A stretch of DNA of 63,764 bases, filler included, from Basidioascus undulatus (taxonomy: Eukaryota): NCBI GenBank assembly GCA_000826855.1. It is 6 parts of 6 records of this genome, joined end to end, with 100 filler letters (N's around TTAATTAATTAA, not from the genome) between each part and the next. Parts side by side here need not be neighbours in the genome. Positions count along the whole stretch, not along the records: positions 26,876 to 53,951 come from JTLS01000171.1; 5 more parts are not named here. The stretch is one strand, 5' to 3'. Positions 37,792 through 50,100 of this stretch are shown here, in pieces (position 1 is the stretch's first letter; each line of letters starts with the position of its first letter). The notes under the pieces are model-generated. The model saw nothing but the letters and a program-made list of their open reading frames with translations. It was not told the origin of the DNA and did not search any database. The translations under genes and the position numbers were made by a program.

Positions 37792-38612
37792 TCATGACTT
37801 GTCCCTGTAGCCGAAATACCCAGTCAGCTGTCTCCGCTTCTCGCTGGACACAAGGTAGACACAAGGAAGGTCACGAACGCAACGGGGAAGTCCTGAAGAA
37901 CCGTTGCAACGTCAGAAGCACGTATTATGTACAGAGCGGTTTCTCGCTTCACGCACCTTCCCGGCCATGCCCTTATACTGGGAACGGATAGCATCGCTGA
38001 TCTGCTCGTCCTTCGCCTGGAAACCACGCAGAAAGTCACCGCCGAAGTGAGCTACACGTCCTCGTTGTACCCGGTCAACCTTACGTACCTGCTCGATGGC
38101 GGACTCGCTGAAATCGTAACACACAGTTAGATCTTGTTGGGGGGAAGAACACGAGGAAGGGGATATACTTGTCTTGAGGACCTTGTCCCAGGACGTGCTC
38201 CTGAACGTAATCTGCGGTTCCAGCGGTCTACTTTGAGGAGGACAGGACGATTCGGAAAATTTGGAACGGACTTACCGACACCCTTCTGTATACTCCCCGA
38301 GTCAAGGTAAGATATCGTAACAAAGGCAGACCGTAGGACAGAAAGCGCAGGCTACGCACGTCCAAGTAGTCCTCTGAGCACCATACCACTGAGCTCAGCA
38401 ACGCTAGCGGCCACTCCAATACGGGAAAATTACGTGCCGTTCGCCTCGCTCTTCCTGCCTCCTCCCAGAGCCCCATTCACTTTGTCCATCAAACCACCTC
38501 CAAAGCCACCCTGCTGCTGCTGTCCCTGCGCAGAACTCGCACCGGAAGCCCCGGTCTGCTGCTGGTTGTTGTTACCGCCGAGCTTTGATGCGGCGTCTTT
38601 GAGGAAGTCCAT
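37792..38612 (-). CDS. Small Gly/Gln-rich conserved fungal protein (~115 aa; family often labelled DDR48-like), 8 exons
   Basis: Spliced product ..GGGRKSEAN|EDYLD|KGV|DYVQEHVLGQGPQD|NESAIEQ|AKDEQISDAIRSQYKGMAGK|DFPVA|DKS*. Confidence 0.85.
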
Positions 38613-39193
38613 GATTGCTGATCTCTTTGGTGGTAGGGGGTGGTAGGGGGCAGAGAGACGGAAGATCATATGAGCGCGACTCGAAAGATGGGTAGTTAAG
38701 AGGAGGCTGTACTGCTCATGACGTCGCGTGCCAAGATGGCGCGTACGTCAGTACCCTGGTCCTGTGCAAGACCAAGCAAGACCTTTTCTTTCCTGGTCTT
38801 CAACATCGTTGTGCGTGATATTGGTGAATATTCAGATGTCATATATACCACCGTACAGCGAAGAACGCCAATCGGCAGACGACTGCACAAAAGGAGGCAG
38901 GCTCGGGAAAATCCAACCAAATCGCCTGGCAGTCCCAAACAGTCTAACTAGTTGTGCTTCTCGCCAAGCCGCGTCTAGGCACCGACTTTTGTCTCAGATA
39001 GCAGTTTGAAAGGGTGTTTGGTCAGGGAATGCTCATTGCTACAAGGTTTGGCGACCCGGATGAGCCCTGCCGCGAAGGCGAGTCGAAGAGTCAGCTCGGG
39101 TGCTGCCGCTGAAGGACCAGGAGCGGGGGCGGGCGACGGCGACCTGCCGCCGGGACTGTTGGGAGGACGATTGGCTCAGAGCGCGAGTTACGT

Positions 39194-39892
39194 TCACCAG
39201 CGCGAGAAGTGGGAAAACACACCTTCCTCCTCCTCCTCTCCATCCTTCGGCTCCGACCTCTTGCGCTTCCCATTCGTCACTCCCACCCCATTCTCCACCG
39301 CCTTCGCTACCGGAGCCTGAGCAGGCGCAGGCGCAGGTGTTGCGTGCGCCTGCGGCGAGAACCATCCGAAGTAGGTTATTGATGACTTCAGAGCGAAAGA
39401 ACTCAGGGGGTGCTGAAGAGAAGGGACTGTTGCCGCAAATGGAGCGCAAGGGAGTCCGGCCCACGCAGACTTGTCGGCAAGGTCCCTTCGCGATGAGCAT
39501 CCCTGCACAAGCCCAACACGCAAAACACTATTTCACGAACATGCGTAGCATCTCGTGCATGCCTAGTCCCGCCAAATGACCATGCCCCCTTGCGTCCATC
39601 CGGAGCCCCAGAGACAGACACCTGCACGCACCGGCATTCTCGATGCGGTAGATATTGGTCTGCCTCCTCCGCCGCCATCGTTTGCACCTTCGTCGCCGTT
39701 CTGCATGCTGTCCTGTACGAATTCTGTGTAATTCGTGAGCGTCCAGCGATTCCGAGGTGAGGGTTTGGGGAGAAGACTCACGCTGCGAAACCACGTGCTG
39801 AAGGCGCTGAAGGCGCGTTCTGGAAAGCGCGTTCGAACTTGGAAGACCGGTGCCTAGTACGCGTTACTAGCCTTCCTATTGACTCACTCCAT
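39194..39892 (-). CDS. Hypothetical multi-exon protein, divergent from MED21
   Basis: Series of GTGAGT/GTGCGT donors and YAG acceptors; terminal segment with an NLS-like GKRKRSEP and acidic EEEEE. Reading frame not resolved; could be decayed. Confidence 0.3.
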
Positions 39893-40005
39893 ATTCGCCC
39901 CTTGACCTCTGACCGCGACTTGCTCTTTCACCCATCGACCAAATCTCGGTTTCAACCGCATCGGCGGCCGATGCGCGCACACTGCATGCTCCATCGTCTC
40001 TTCTT

Positions 40006-40775
40006 ATGTCGCTAGCAGATCTACGTCAGGTGCGGCAGTGCAGCCGAGCCGGACAGGCCTCTCCCGTCTTCTAGCTCACCTTGCTTCCTTCCAGGAGCTC
40101 TCATCGATGGACCGCATATCCCAACTTCAAGATGCGATCGACGCGGTGAGTCCCCGGTACAGAGAGAACTTAAAGGGCTTGAGGTGCTTATGGAATGAGG
40201 CGGCAGCTGGTCAACATGATGCACTCGTCCCTGCACTACCTGCTCGAGCACACCAACTTCAAGCAGGTCAACCCGAACGTGCCCATCACGCAGGTGTACC
40301 CGCACGCCCATGAGCCAGGGAAGTTTAAGGGTGCGTTCGAAGGTACAATCATCCGCTCACTCCGTTCTGGGGCTTACAGCGGCGTGGGTGGGCAGAGGGC
40401 AAGAAGGAGCTGGTCGCGGACCTGATCAAGCAGGCCAAGCAGGTCGAACATCTCATTTCGGTGCTGCCGCCCTCGGACGTGACGGAGGAAGACCATGTGC
40501 GTCGTCCAGATCCTTGACCACCGCGTATTCTCTGACCTGGGATGCGATGGACAGGCGCGGGAGCTGGAAGCGCTGGAGGAGGAGATGAAGGTTGCGAATG
40601 CGGAGTACCGCGAGGCGGTGAAGGAAGCGGGTGAGTCTCCCGACAATATCCACCTCTTATTACCGTCCCTTGCTGAGCGGGCCATCTTTCTTCAGAGGAA
40701 CTATACGGGGTGGTGAAGGCGGCAATACGAGCCTTGATAGACGCGGATGTCGACCGCCCAGATGCAGCCTGTTGA
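40006..40775 (+). CDS. MED21: Mediator complex subunit 21 (Srb7)
   Basis: MSLADLRQ|ELSSMDRISQLQDAIDA|..|ELVADLIKQAKQVEHLISVLP..|ELEALEEEMKVANAEYREAVKEA. Confidence 0.92.
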
Positions 40776-41083
40776 CCTATCGCCTCTAACGGCTATGCAG
40801 TCTTGTCCGCTTTCTCACTTCCCAGAACTCACGCAAACCATCTTGCTCGAACTTTCGTCATCGGACTCACGTTCTCCCTTCGCCCCTATTCGATTTTTCG
40901 ACGCTGCAAATAGATCCAAACCAGTTCATTGATCGCTTTTACAATCATCAGTGTGCATCAATTCAGCGTTCATCAATCGTGAGCCACGCAACCTCGCATT
41001 CCGACGACCAATCCGCCGCTTCATGACGCCTGGGCCCGGAAAACCGCTGATGAACGTCGCGCTCGAAAAACTGGTGTTAATAT

Positions 41084-42078
41084 CTAATCAAATAGCAGTA
41101 CCTCCAGCAAGACGAGCTCATCTTCCGTCAAGTCCGCAGAGTCCTTCATCGACCGCGGTCGTCTGCGGCGGTGCTGCGCCGCGCGGGGAGCCGGACTGTC
41201 GCTCAGAGCAGCTGGACGTCGGTGCTCCCGGCTGTCGTCCCAGCTGTCGCGAATTTGGCGGGCACGGCGATACTGCGAGGATGCGACGCAGAGAGGAGAG
41301 GACATCAGACCGGTTCTGTCGGTAGGCAGGACAGCGCAGGCGTTGTTGCATTATCGGCGGAACTCGCACATCGCGAAACCCACTCCCTCCCTTCCTAATC
41401 CCACCATTGCTGATCGTCCTCCCGTATCGAACCCCACTCAAAAGCGACGGCGCATGCCGCTCCCCCGCCTACACGGTCTTCCTAACCGGATCGACGCTCT
41501 CACGCTCCCGCGGCGGCTTCCGCGCGGCGAGCATGCCGTTCCGACGCACCCTCTCTGTCCACTCGGCGAGCTCCGGGCCCGGGTACTTGTCGTGAGCGGT
41601 CGGGTCGATCTCGCGCTGGACGTAGGCCCGCTCGGGCGGCTTGACGTGCTGGGCGTCTGGGGGATGGCCAGACCGCGGGGTGCGGTAAGCGGCGATGATG
41701 CTTGGGAACTTGATAAGGTGCGGCAAGGAGGACGGGAGGGACGCACTGTGCATTGCGTACGTCCAGCCTGCAATGCCAAAGATCCCGCTAACGATCACGA
41801 GCAGCTGTCCGCACCCGAGCCTACTCATGAGCCTCTCTACCCCTTGCTTCATATTCCACAGGCCCAAAGCCATACGGGTACGATTTCTGGGTCCTTCTTA
41901 GCCCCGCGTTGGAGAAATGCCGTAGCTCGTTGGAGAAATGTACGCTGCAGGGCATTTCACGACCGACAGCCGCCCCCGCTTTATCCAACGCTGCGAGTGG
42001 GTCAGGCGCGGCAGCCACACGCACATCTCTGTATGGCGTCGAATGCGGCGGCACGTGAGGCGGGACGGGGTCGGACAT
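41084..42078 (-). CDS. Hypothetical protein
   Basis: ATG at 42078 (MSDPVPPHVPPHSTPYRD), canonical-looking donors and acceptors, GC3-rich exon ERAYVQREIDPTAHDKYPGPELAEWTERVRR; no family recognised. Confidence 0.4.
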
Positions 42079-44840
42079 GGTTGGCTGTCTTTGGTACAGT
42101 ATGATACGGCGAGGAGTTAGATGAGGTGAATGTGACTATTGAGCTCGTGGGCTCGAGATTACGAGGATGTCTCGAGAGGTGTGTAGCAGAGGTGTTGAGT
42201 CGCTGTGGTGGCGGTGAAAGTATGCCAGGCTCGACCCCTCGCACATGTTGACTTCAGGGAGGCGGAAAGGATGCCCTCAGGCAATAAACTCTGTCGCCGC
42301 GACTGGGGTTCTCAGCTGGAAGGAGATTCTGTTAACCCAATGGCGGCGACTAAAAAGTAAGGTATCTGAAAGTGTTGAAGGCTGTTGAAACTGAAGCCCT
42401 GCATTACTGGTTGTACGTTGTACGCAATCACTCGACGCTGAGACTTTTGCGCCTACCAGGCCTTGACAGCTTCACTGACACGTGAGCCCTTTTATTGCAC
42501 ATTTACGTCTTCTTAGGGCTTCATACTTGTGGAGACCATCACGGTGCTCTAAACGCAGAGGATCATAAGTTGCAGGAGACACTCCCCACTCTGCGAGGGG
42601 AAAGACCCGGGAATGGCGCAGTGAATGCAACCACTCATTGGTGTCCTTGGAATATCTCTACCATTTTCCTGTACGGTATTAATAAATACGTGACCAAACT
42701 GGAAAGTTTACTCTTGCAAACGCCACTCCTAGCTCGTCTCGACGTACAAATGGAGATTGAAGCCAGAGCCGAGAAATCACTGCCTTGGCTCGGCTGGTTG
42801 TCCAACCAGCGCCATTGTGCTGTATGGTGAGGGTCCCAGAAACCCGTTAACAGTCACGTTGGGTTGTTATGTATATGTCCACTATCCACACATCAGCCCT
42901 CCCGCAGTCTACGAATTATGAGCCATGAGTGGCTCAACACAGTGTCGAGCCTGTGGGACAGAACAGCAAAGTGGGACGAAAAGAACATTCCTGATCCGTA
43001 CCCCCAATAGTGAAGGATGAAGGCCGTGACTGGCCAGTGAAACTGCTGCAAGATGCTAGTTCTTGGTGTAGATTAAAAAGACATGCTCGCGACTACAACC
43101 CCTTTCGAAGTTTCCTAAGAAAGCGTTCGCGAAACCCTCGAAAGAAGTCAAATGGAAGCGTGCTCTCGTTCCGGAAGATCGGGGGGACAGGTTGGCCGTT
43201 ACGCTGTCAAGCCGCATGCCTCGTCTTAGTCAAATCGCGCATGCATGCAACGAGTTGTGCCACTTCTGCTTTCCATCGACTGCTCAGGATGGTGTGGTGC
43301 TGGAGAAGAAACAGGAAATACAGCAGGCTTCTGAAGAATACAAGCCTCACCTCGCTACTAGCACCTAGGCGATCTCAGCGCGGGCAAAGCTCGCTCACCA
43401 GCGTCGGCCCAACTCACTTTCCGCTTTCCGTGCGTGCATGCAGATGGGTGCTGGCAAGTACGAAGTTCTGAACAGTCCTTCCGACCGAAAGCACACCCGT
43501 AAACATAAAAAAAGTACCGGCCAGGAGCTGGTAACGCCGGATGAGGATCTCGAGCGAACAATCACTTGCCTTCGAACTCTCACTTTCACCATCGTCTCTA
43601 CACAGGTTTCGTCTCATATCTTCCCCCGTTCCATCCTATCCTACGACCATGGCGATGATCTAACCTCTTTCAGCACCTCTCAGCTCCCTGTCGTGTCGGA
43701 GGACGACGATATCAAAACTCCGCTCATGGTCGCGAGCGTTGCAGGAGAGAATTATGCTCTACAGACTCTCCTCACCCGGCGCTCCACCACCCAGGTAATC
43801 ATGTCGTTAACCACGTAATATTTGACGGGGCGCGCCTGCTGACGTGTATGTCAAACAGTCCAGGAGCTCAGCATTGAGGTCGGGTAGGTCTACTCGTCCT
43901 AGTTAATTGCCATGCTTGTGACTTTAGTTTACTCTAAGCTTATCAGGGCTATCAATCGAATCTTCTTCGGTCATGACAGGCGATTTCGAGGGCGTCCCCA
44001 TGGTCGAGCCGAAGTCGCACGCGGAGAATAAGGCTTCTGGGGTTGCGCTGCGGGACGCTGACCCGGCCGGTAAGCCCCAGATTCGCTTATGGAGGCCTTC
44101 CCATACGACCCTTACCTTCCAACTTGAACCTCCAGATGCTACAAACGAAACACGTCCCGTAATCCCATCAGCCCTACTAGGTATGCCACCCTGCAGCCAC
44201 GAATCCTCTCACTTTCAGCTCAAAGCCCCGTCCTTTCATAGGCCTCTCGGAGCGCTACAATATGGCCCAAGCCCTAGCGGGAGATCATGCGGTCCTTGAT
44301 TTCTTATCGAAGCTAAGCGTACCCGTCTGTCCAACGACTAATCGCTCACCCACTTCCCCTCTCTCTCCAAAACGTGGGGCGGCCTTGCGTAGCCCTGGCT
44401 GTCTTGACAATACACTCTTAGCGATGTTGGCATAGGACTGAGAGGCACGTGTGCAAGTGCAAGTAATGACCGTCATTCTGAGGAGTTTACCAACTAATAA
44501 TATATTGGATCAGTCTGTTTTACCGATGAAGGAAGACGTTTGCGAAGTGTGCTGCACGGGAACGAGTCCTTTCACTCGCTTGCCTGCTTGCTGCTGACGC
44601 TCAAATCAATTGCGGATCCAAACATTAGACGTGTACATGTGCTTTTAGAAGCACATAGGTGAAGTCTACATAAAAATATGGGGAAAAGTGTTACAAGACC
44701 AGCAAAATCAGTGGTAGTGGGCAGCTGCTTGTCCCACTTCTGCTCGATCGCTGTGAACGCGCGGGACATAGCCCTAATTCAAATGTAACATAACGAGCTC
44801 ACCCCCTTGGTTGACAATGCCATCTGTATTTCCATTCGCA

Positions 44841-45586
44841 TCATTGTGAGGATACGGAAGGGGCAGGTAAGCGGCACTTGGCAGTTGAGGTCGGCATTGA
44901 GAACCTTGACCGCGCTCTGCCACCCAACGTCGGCATGGGTATGACTGTCAAACGCGTTTTGGATATCTGCGATTTCATTCTCCTACAAATCTCGATAGCT
45001 CGAATGAAACGAGATTGATGGAGCTGCATCAAGCGATAGAGGTACTTGGTCGGCATGAGGCTGAGCTGCTCATCAGAAAGCTTGTTGATGTCGTGGTCGA
45101 GGGCGAACTTGGACAAGAACACCGCGGCGCACTCCCAGCCGTGCTGCGCGGCGAAGGTGTAGGCTTCGAATGGATGCTCCTGCGCAAGCCGAAGGTTCGC
45201 CGAGCGAACCGGAGGAGTACACCGGCGGCGTCGTACTTGTCCGCGACGTCCGCAACGTAGCGAATGTCCGCGACTGTAGAGAAATCCGGAGCATCAGGAT
45301 GGTCGCAGAGCAGGGAGAGGAACGGCTCAAGCACAACTTGCTTCTCTGAGACATCGACAACGTCCTCGAGCAGAGAGTGTTTGCGTCCGTGGGCGCCCAA
45401 CGCAGCGGCGGAGGGACGCGGAAGCTCCAGCATGGCCTTGAAGACCAGAGCCCCCAATGAGGATCGAGCTTTGAGGTAAAAGAAAAATCCGTCTGAGGAG
45501 CGGAGCGCGAAATGGGTCCTCGTCGCGAACAGGCCGCAGATGCTCACCTCGGGCGCAGTCGAAGCGGTGGATGGGATGGCGGACAT
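44841..45586 (-). pseudogene. BTB/POZ-domain protein gene, frameshifted
   Basis: FALRSSDGFFFY..VFKAMLELP..VVDVSE..LEPFLSLL..VADKYD, frameshift near 45195, then EHPFEAYTFAAQHGWE and KYLYRLMQLH. Confidence 0.7.
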
Positions 45587-47159
45587 CGCAAGCGCAGTGA
45601 ACGGTGGTTGGTAGATGATGGAGGGTGGGAATTCTACGGTTGGCGGAGGTTCAGGGGCCCGAGCAGATGAAGACCGATAGATGAAGGGCAAGGAGGGGGA
45701 GCGCGAGTGGCGGTGCCACCGGAAGAGCAGCTGAGTGGCACACGGCGAACTTGCAAAACACGTCCAAGCTCTGGCCCTCCCTGACCTTTATAGGAACTAC
45801 TCGCTAGGTCGATTATCACAAGTAATCTCAGGTGACCTATCTCATAAGTACACGCGCACTTCAGTTCGGCATGAAGGAACATTCAAACCTTTTCGCATCC
45901 CGTTCGAGCCAGCCAGGCGAGAGTTAAAGCCTGTAGTACAGACAGTCCTGATTCGAATGATTGAGCGTCCTTGTAACACCTGCACTAAACGTGTACGAAT
46001 GCGGAGCGGGGCAACGTGCTGGCGGGGCAGGAAACAGTAAGAGCGGTGCGTGTCGCTCGTGAGTGACTGACAACTATTCACGAGGTCAATATGAAGAAAA
46101 TGCACCATTAACCGCCTTCAACAACTCTCGCCCACGCATCAAGTACATTCTCCCTGTCCATCTCCTTCTCGATCCAGACCGCGTCCTGTCGGACCGTCCG
46201 GATGATCTCGCCGTCTCTCCACCCGACACTGCGAGCGGCGTTTCCCAGCACGTCGTTGCGCGGGCGAGTCACAGTCGTCCAGCATTGGAGCTTGATGGGG
46301 AAGCACGCTCTGGTGGTTGCCGTCCCTGCAAATGCGGGGACGGATATCGCTGAGACGAGAGTGAGGCGCATCGGGAACTCGGGACGGCTCTTCAGGGCTG
46401 TCCAGTCGAAGAAGGCCTGTCTGAAAACCAATTTCTCACTGAGGGTTTGTACGGATAAAAGGCACGAATAGTGCTCACCCTTTCTCAACATGTCCTCGCA
46501 GCCTGTCCCCGTAATCGCCCGCCTGCTCCTTGAGCACCAAGCACGCCGTCCCTTCTTCTTCGAATGACAACGTCGGCAAGATGGGCACAACCCATTGCTT
46601 CTTCTCGCCAGTTCCCCTTCCGTGCGATCTCCGAGGCCACACCTGAACAACCCGGGCTCCAGACGGGCTCGAGACCCCTATTTCAAGGTGCACAGCTGCC
46701 GGCGGTATGGCGGAAGTGTAAAGACGAGGGTAGTAGTGGCAGAAGGCCAGAACGAATCTGCGGTGCCCTGTGTCTTCCAGTGCGACTGAAGATATCTCCC
46801 AAGACATTTTGAGAGGCGTAAGAGGTGACTCAGGAAGGTGAAACCGCAGTCGACTCAGGACGTAGGGAAGGTGCGGAGGCTGTTCAGGCCAGTTCCCGCA
46901 CCTCCCCGTGTCCTGTGCGCTACGTTGTCTAGTCTCCATTGAACATATATACTTGAGCCTTGGAAACTCTGAAGCGGATTCAGTGCGTCAATATAGATAC
47001 TTCTCGCTCTATAGGGAGCCGCCGGCTAACACAGGGGACAACAGCCGGTCACATGCTTCAAATGTGTTCAACTCAACTGCAGGGTATCGAAATGCATTGC
47101 GGAGTGAAAAGAAGCGCGAAGAAAAACAGTACAGATTGATTCGGTGCGCGTCCCTACAT

Positions 47160-50100
47160 TCAGTCAGCCTCCATTGCCTCGCCGGATGCGCCGCCCCTCA
47201 GCACGCGGAACTCTGTAGTGCAGTACAGCTCGTGAGATCCTGCATAGTCAGACGCAGACGGCAGGGAACTTTGACGCACCGTCCTTCCAGGAAGATGTAG
47301 TCTCGATCTCGTTGATGAGCGCTTCGAACGTCGGGGCGTTGCCCTTGGCGAGCGGGGCGAGGGCGACCAGGGTGCGGAGGACGCTGCGCTGGAGCTCGGA
47401 CGCACGCTCGATCTCCATCTGCGATTGGCAATGCAGCATCGTCAAAGCGGCGCCAGAGGTAAGTAAAGCTCGAATATGACGCTGCAAGGCGGAGACGCAC
47501 TTTGGTAGCAGTGTCCTTCGGCTTGAAACGGAGGACGGACACGAACTCGGGCGTGACCTCGTCGAGACCTGTGGATTCCATAAATTAACACACCAACCCA
47601 GCAGCAGGGAGTTTAACAGCAAGAGCAACGTACGAGCCGAAACGGCGGGGGGCGCGACCTCAGCGAGGCGGATCAGCATGAGGTAGCTGAGCACCTTGAC
47701 CTCGTCAAGGTCCTTGAGACCCGTCATGACGTGTCCGAGGAGCTCAAACACGTTGAGCTTGTCAAGGCAGCTGTCGAGCTGCAGGTGCACCAAGTCACCG
47801 TAAGCCTATGCGGACCACGGCGGTGACAGCACGAGCTACTCACCAGAGTGTACATCGTCTCGAATGCGATCTTGCGGATGTCGAGACCGTCGTCGATCTT
47901 CTCCTTGAACGGACCGAGCGTGATCTGCACAGTACTGATAAGCCATAATCCACTGCAGGGGAATCCCAAGCCGCCGAGCGCACGCACCTCGCGGATGAGC
48001 TCCGGCTTGACAGTCGTCTCGCCGTACAGAAGCGGCAGGAGCGCCTCGAGGTGCTCGCGGATCATGTGCGGCTTGTGGCGCGCCGCCGAGTTGAGGGAAG
48101 ACAGCGCGAGGCGGCGGACGGTCTGCAGCGGTGGGGATTCACGGGCGATCAGCTTCCGAGCTCCCGCAGTCGTACAAATGGAGAGGGAAACGCACGAGGT
48201 CGGAGTCGTGAATGAGGGAGAGGAAGTCAACGATGAGCGGCGCGAGCAGCTCGTCGTACCCGGTCGAGACGTCTGTGAATGTGTAGCGGACGGCGATCGT
48301 GACCGTCGCGCGCTTGAGGGGCGACTCGTCGCGCAAGCGGGTCTGCATAGCCCAACCATCTTTCAGCGCACGTTCGGTAAGAGAGAGGAAGCATGCTCGG
48401 ACGCACTTGCAGCTGCGGCAAGTACTTGCCGGGGTTGGCAACGGTGACCTTGCCGAGACACTCGGCCGCTACATTTCGCGTCGCCTGCTCCTTGTCCTCG
48501 CTGATTGCGAAGAGCACGGTCCAGACCTGCTCGGCAACGAGCGCGAGCTGCGCAGGTTCCGAGTGGGCGATGACCTAGAAGTACAGAAGCAACATCAGTA
48601 TCTGCGATCCCGGAGCGAGCGAGACGGCAAGCGTACCTCCTTGAGCGCCTGTAGGGAAAGGTAACGCTTCTCGCCCTCGGACGAGATCTGCTGGACGAGC
48701 ACGGGCAGGAACTGGTTGCTGCCGACAGCGATGTTACCTACCCAGGGAGCTGAATGTCAGCTACTGCGGCCTTGAAATCGGAATGTCGGAGACAACTCAC
48801 CCGCAGCGAACGCAGCAGACGACTTAATTTCCTCCGAGTCGCTCGAGAAGAACTCCAGCACGCGCTCGAAGACGTTCGGCTGCGCCGACAGGTCGCTAAA
48901 GGCCGGGTACGCGAATGATCAGCTCACGAGTCTAAAACAACGCATCCGTGCTACTCACAGTGAACGACCGATCTCGCCGAGCGTAAGCAGGCTGAGGAAG
49001 AGCGTCGCGTTTGTCGCCTTCGAGTTCTTCTGGATCGCTTTGGTGAACTCCGCAATGAGCGCGGAAGCCTCCCCCTGGGCGTGCGCGACGACCGTGCCGA
49101 TGGCCTTGGACGCGCTGGTGTACGCCTGCGCGCCGTCGCCGCCGACCTTGACCTTTCCGACAGCGAGCGTGAGCGCAGGGACGAGGGTGGGCGCGAGGGT
49201 GGTATCCGCGTCCGTGACGGCGGCGTAGAAGCGCAGGAGGGCGTCGAGGGCTGGGCCAGAGAGGAGCGGGCTCTGAACAAGCGCGTACGTCTGCGGGAGG
49301 ATCTCGCTCGCCGTCGCGCGCCGGGCCGAGTCGGGGGACGACTGTACGAGCAGCGCCGCGACGTCCAGCGCGACGGGGACGAGGTGCAGGTCCGCCGCGG
49401 AGACGAAGGGCGCGATGTCGCTCAGGACGGTGTCGGCGAGCTGGGGAGACGTGTCTTGAGCGGAGCTGAGCGTAGGTGTCGATCAGGGTCAGCTGCATGG
49501 CAAAATGGACAGCGCAGACTATGTGAGATGACGAACCGCTGGAGGAGAGCAGCGAGCGCATCGAACGCAGCCGTCTTCAGGGCCCTGTTGTTCTGGCGCA
49601 AGAGCGGAGCGACATCGTTGATGCACTCCCCAATCCACTTGTCAAACTCGGCGCCGCCCGCCGTCGGGGACTTCGCGACGCGCGCGATGGCCTTGACGCT
49701 CGCGAGGCGCGTCACGTCGTTCCCGAGGCGCTTCCTCAAGAGCGGGAGCGCCTGCGCATAGTCCTTCTGGAGCGCGTCGCCAGTGTAAACGAGCAGGTCG
49801 GCGAGGACGCCGATCGCGGCCTCCTTGACCTCGCGCCCGGCGTCCTGGTCGCCCACGCGCTTGACCGTCGCGTCGTAGATGGTCTGGATGTGCGGGCGGA
49901 ACGCGCCCGGCGTCGGGCTCGCGCTCCCGCTCGCGCTCGCGGACTTGAGGATCTGCACGAGCTGCGAGAAGACTGCGAACGCCTCGGACGCGAGCTTGTG
50001 GTACTTGGCCAGCGCGGACGCGCTCACGACGAGCTTGAGCAGCCGACCGAGCTCGTCCTGGTACGAGCGCGCCGGGTGGGTCGCGAAGAGCGCGCCGAGG

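Noticed and set aside
47245..47250. TGA CTA read-through motif at the apparent CAND1 stop (cryptic peroxisomal isoform)
   Set aside because: It lies inside the last intron (GTGCGT..CTGAC..ACTACAG); the real end is EAMEAD* at 47160 and no PTS1 follows.
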